From assembly GCA_002269645.1 (NCBI GenBank), contig NIVC01000600.1, forward strand, positions 186,001 to 250,000: a stretch of DNA of 64,000 bases, given 5' to 3'. The position numbers and the translations under genes were made by a program. This stretch comes from Macrostomum lignano. Taxonomy: Eukaryota. Below, one piece after another: positions 60,149 through 64,000 of the stretch. Numbering within the stretch: the stretch's first letter is position 1; every line of letters starts with the position of its first letter. The notes under the pieces were generated by a model. The model was not told the origin of the DNA. It did no database searches and saw nothing but the letters and a program-made list of their open reading frames with translations.

Positions 60149-62751
60149 CAACACCAAGCATACGCCCGCCACGTATACCGGACCTCCTACTACGCCTACG
60201 CGACGCCAAACTTTATTCGTTGTGCGACCTTGCCGACGCGTTTTACCAAGTCCGACTAGACCCAGACAGCGCCAAATATACCGCCTTCATCGCACCTAAT
60301 GGCCTCCTTTTTCAGTTTAATCGCTTGCCACAGGGTCTGGCCGCATCTCCCAGCCTGATGTGTCGTCTAGTCGCTCTACTCACAGCAGATTCACCTAATC
60401 TTATCGCCTACCTGGACGATGTACTCCTAATCGCAAAGGACTTTAATGGCATGCTGGGTGAACTCAGACATTTCTTGGCGAAACTCCGCCATCACGGTCT
60501 TCGTATCTCGCTTAGAAAATGCACCTTTGCAAAGAACGAAGTACAGTATCTAGGCTTTCAAGTGTCCGAACATGGAATCCGACCGGCACCAGCGCTTGTC
60601 GAAAAAATTAAGAACTTCCCGGAACCTAAGACACCTAAGCAACTGCAGTCCTTCCTCGGACTTGCCAACTTTTATCGCTCGCATGTACAAGGATACTCTA
60701 CGATTGTGACACCATTGCTTCGTGCTCTCAAAGACGCTCTGGCTACAAAAAGTTTGAAATGGACTACTATCACACAGACGGCCTTTGACAACATCCGAAA
60801 GATTCTGTCAACTGATATTATACTAGTACATCCTGATCCTCGAAAGCCCTACGTGCTTCATACGGATGCCTCTGACTACTCTCTTGGTGCAGTCCTCTCT
60901 CAACACGATTCGCGTGGACATCTGCAACCCGTCGCTTACATCTCTAAAACTTTGACTCCGACGGAACAACGTTATCCTGCCATTGAGAGAGAAGCCTATG
61001 CTATCTATTGGGCGATTCGGAAGCTCCATGTTTTCCTATACGCCTCACACCTACCATTTACAGTGTTCACGGATCACCAACCGTTGCAATCTCTGTTCAC
61101 TGACAAACAGCCTCTCTCGAAACGACTGCAAAAGTGGATTCTACATCTACAGGATTACCAATTTTCGATCCACTATATTAAAGGCCGCTCAAACGCTGTA
61201 GCCGACTGCCTGTCCCGTATTCCTAGTGTGAATACTTTACATCCCATCCCAGCCTTTGACAACTTGCACGAAGCAGTAAACCAAGACCCATTCTGTGCGA
61301 CAGTGATAGCCACTCTACAGAACCAAAAAGACGACGTACTAACATCCATGTACAAGAACTTATCGAAAACAGAACAAAAACATCTGACGAAACATCTACA
61401 CCACTTCTACTACACCAACGACACACTCTACTACGATCCATTGGAAGGTGACTCTCGTAGTCCTAACTCGTCGACACCACGTCTGGTGATCCCAACCGCC
61501 TACAGAGACGCTCTCCTTCAGGAATGCCATTCCTCTCCATTTGGAGGACACCTTGGTCTTCAGAAAACCTTGTCCCGACTCAGCAAATTCTACTATTGGC
61601 CCAATTGCCACGCAGACGTGACAAGCTTCGTTAACAAATGCGAGATTTGTCAAAAAGCCAAATCAGGACCTCGACTGCGTTCAGAACAGAAAGCAATGAA
61701 ATTCCGCAGTGTCTTCTCACACCTGGCTATTGATCTTGTAGGACCGTTACCACCGGCTCATTACATGCGAGATGTGTACAAGTACATCTTGACAGCTCAG
61801 TGTGGTGTTAGCAAGTTTCTGTTCACGATACCACTGGCTGATACAACCACGTCTACTATTTGCAACCATTTGTTTCGACATGTCTTCGCGATAGCCGGAC
61901 TTCCGGCCTGTCTGATTTCTGATAATGGACCACAGTTCATTTCCAAGGAGTTCCGCGAGTACATGGACACAATGGGAATCCGACTGATCTACACATCAGT
62001 CTATCAACCATCCAGCAATTTCGTAGAACGTGCCCACCGAAACCTCAAACAGACACTAACTACCTTTGTGCACGACAAGCCCGATCACTGGATCGAATAT
62101 TTGCCAGCAGTGACTCTTGCGTTGAACACCGCAGCCCACACTGCCATGAAGGAATCGCCATTCTACCTGTTCTACGCCCGTGACTTCCTGGCACCCAGCA
62201 CAAGAATCCTCGAAAATCAAATATCGATCTACACCGAGGAAATCCAACCAATCAGCTTGACCTGCTCAGCGATCACATTGGCCAGAGAAATTGCTCTCCA
62301 TCACCTACACTCTACAGCCGATCAACGGGCCCAGAAACAGAACGAAGAAAAAGCCCCTAATGCTCAAAAGCTCACCATAGGCTCCCGCTGTTACTTAGAC
62401 ATATCTGCTACTAAGCTGACAAAGTTCTCTAATCCGTTCCGAGGACCGATGCGAATTCTAAAATGGCTGAGCCCACAGAATGCGCTAATCCAGGATATTA
62501 ATAAGCTGACAGAGCCACCATTCGTAGTCCATGCCTCCAAGCTAAAACGTTCCCCTTTTCAACCACAAGAGGAACTCAATCTGCCGAACTTCACATCATC
62601 GATACCACAGACTCACTTCGACCACCACCCGCCACTGGCACAGCATCACGCTACTCAGACTGACGTCGTGGATGAGCCTGACACTCGTGATCAGCACGGA
62701 CTAGAACCTATTCCAGCTGTGCGATATCATCTGCGCTCACGGGATGTGTGA
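60146..62751 (+). CDS. pol: Pol part 2: RT-RNase H-integrase, continuing after a 1-nt frameshift at ~60145
   Basis: The frame reopens as LTTPSIRPPRIPDLLLRLRDAKLYSLCDLADAFYQV. Motifs LPQGL and YLDD (RT); LHTDASDYSLGAVLSQ, EREAYAI and TDHQPL (RH); H..H..CEIC, IDLVGPLP, SDNGPQF and VERAHR (IN); GPMRI (GPY/F-like). Confidence 0.95.
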
Positions 62752-64000
62752 ATCAATACGCGGCAGTTGATTATCGATGGACAGTTGATTATCGATACGT
62801 TTTGAAAATTATTTTTGTTTATATTATTTCTATTAGTTTTATAATTATATATTATATCTTTCTTCCTCTTAAATCGCAATTTATCATTTTCCGCTTCAAC
62901 TTATATATCTTCGTTAGATAATTTCCTTGACAATACGCTACTCTTTTGCTACTCACAGTAGAAATGTCAGTTCTCAACACTCTTATCAAAATTATTGTTT
63001 TATTCTGTTGTCGTCAAACGCTTTAGCCCTACATTTTATTTGCTTACCTTTAATTACTATCACTCACCCTTGAAAAAATTTATCAGAACCATCTTCTCTA
63101 CTCTTGCTCACCCACGTGAACTCAATGATCTTTTCTTTCGTCACCTCATAATCCCTATTCGGTCTTTTGTAAGACCACGCGTTACCCGGATCTACACAGC
63201 CGTCCCGCTCTACACTGCAATCCGGCTCTACACGCTGCCCTGACCGAAATTCAGCTTCGACTCTGTTCAACACCAACCCGGCCCACTGCCCAGCCCTATC
63301 TACTACTTGGAAACAACCTGCTATGCTCCGAATTAACAGACTACATGCCTGCTACCGACAACTACGGCTAACTACGAACTACGACACCGGCCTGACTACA
63401 GAAACCCTACTGGCTGCAACAAAACTAAGACGAACAGCACTATCTGACACGTGGTGGCCTTGAAAAAGGCCGTTTTGACGTTGGCGCCCAAAGGACGCAG
63501 AAGACTTGGCAGACCAACTGTGCAGTTACACCGCAGTCTCCTGGACACGGGCAGTTGCAGCGGGCCGCAATGGTGCGCGACAACAGCGGCTGCAGCCGCC
63601 AAAGCAGCAGCAACACTTGCAGCAACAACAGCAGGCTACAAACGCCGCCACTAGCAGTAACAGCAGCAGCAGCATGATGGCGACGACCGCGCTGATGGAA
63701 ATGAAATACGCGTGACGCCCCTGGAGAATACCAGCCGCGATCTCTGTAATTTGCTCTCTTCCCAAAGACAGACCAGCCATTGACTAATCTAACTTGAATG
63801 ATAAACGAGCTATATCGAAACTTAAAAACAATTGCGGACAAAACCTGAACTAGAAAATTCCCTCCCTATCGTTTTTTATCTTATTTATACCACGCGACTC
63901 CATCCTTTCCTTTGAATTAGCTTCAGTGTACACTCACGCGCTCTACGAACACCCACCCCAAGCCAATAATCTCTTCGACCCCACGTACAATGTACATTCT

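Larger units (their letters stand above)
51692..64000 (+). mobile_element. Ty3/gypsy (Metaviridae-like) env-bearing LTR retroelement with gag-env-pol order; the 3' LTR is not reached in the window
   Basis: Gag Zn knuckles, gB-like Env and PR-RT-RH-IN order. Uniform A/C-rich + strand from ~52.4 kb onward. The 5' boundary is inferred from a candidate LTR and PBS. Confidence 0.9.

Noticed and set aside
63482-63490. TGGCGCCCA resembling a tRNA-Lys PBS
   Set aside because: The match is only ~9 nt, no LTR end precedes it, and it lies on the 3' side of pol.

Overview
Eukaryotic (animal) genomic DNA: GC-rich spliced exons separated by minisatellite-filled introns. The style suggests a repeat-rich invertebrate such as a free-living flatworm (inference only). 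Host genes: a TENT5/FAM46 first coding exon (-), a three-exon C2H2 zinc-finger gene (+), a five-exon BCH-domain (BNIP2/caytaxin-like) gene (+), and the 3' half of an SLC18 vesicular amine transporter (-). Mobile and repetitive DNA: an intact 1.33-kb mariner with 28-bp TIRs, a ~20-kb hierarchical macrosatellite (18.5-38.4 kb) and about a dozen minisatellites. The standout is a >12-kb Ty3/gypsy LTR retroelement (~51.7 kb to the window end) with the order gag-env-pol. A herpesvirus-gB-like class III fusion glycoprotein is fused in frame to Gag in one 1545-aa ORF, and Pol follows in the -1 frame directly after the Env transmembrane helix. The predicted topology (Gag cytosolic, Env luminal, Pol cytosolic) fits a membrane-spanning Gag-Env-Pol polyprotein. 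It is accompanied by PSAP/LYPxL late-domain motifs, repeated putative protease sites and acidic-patch-like motifs. All family assignments come from recalled motifs, not database searches.
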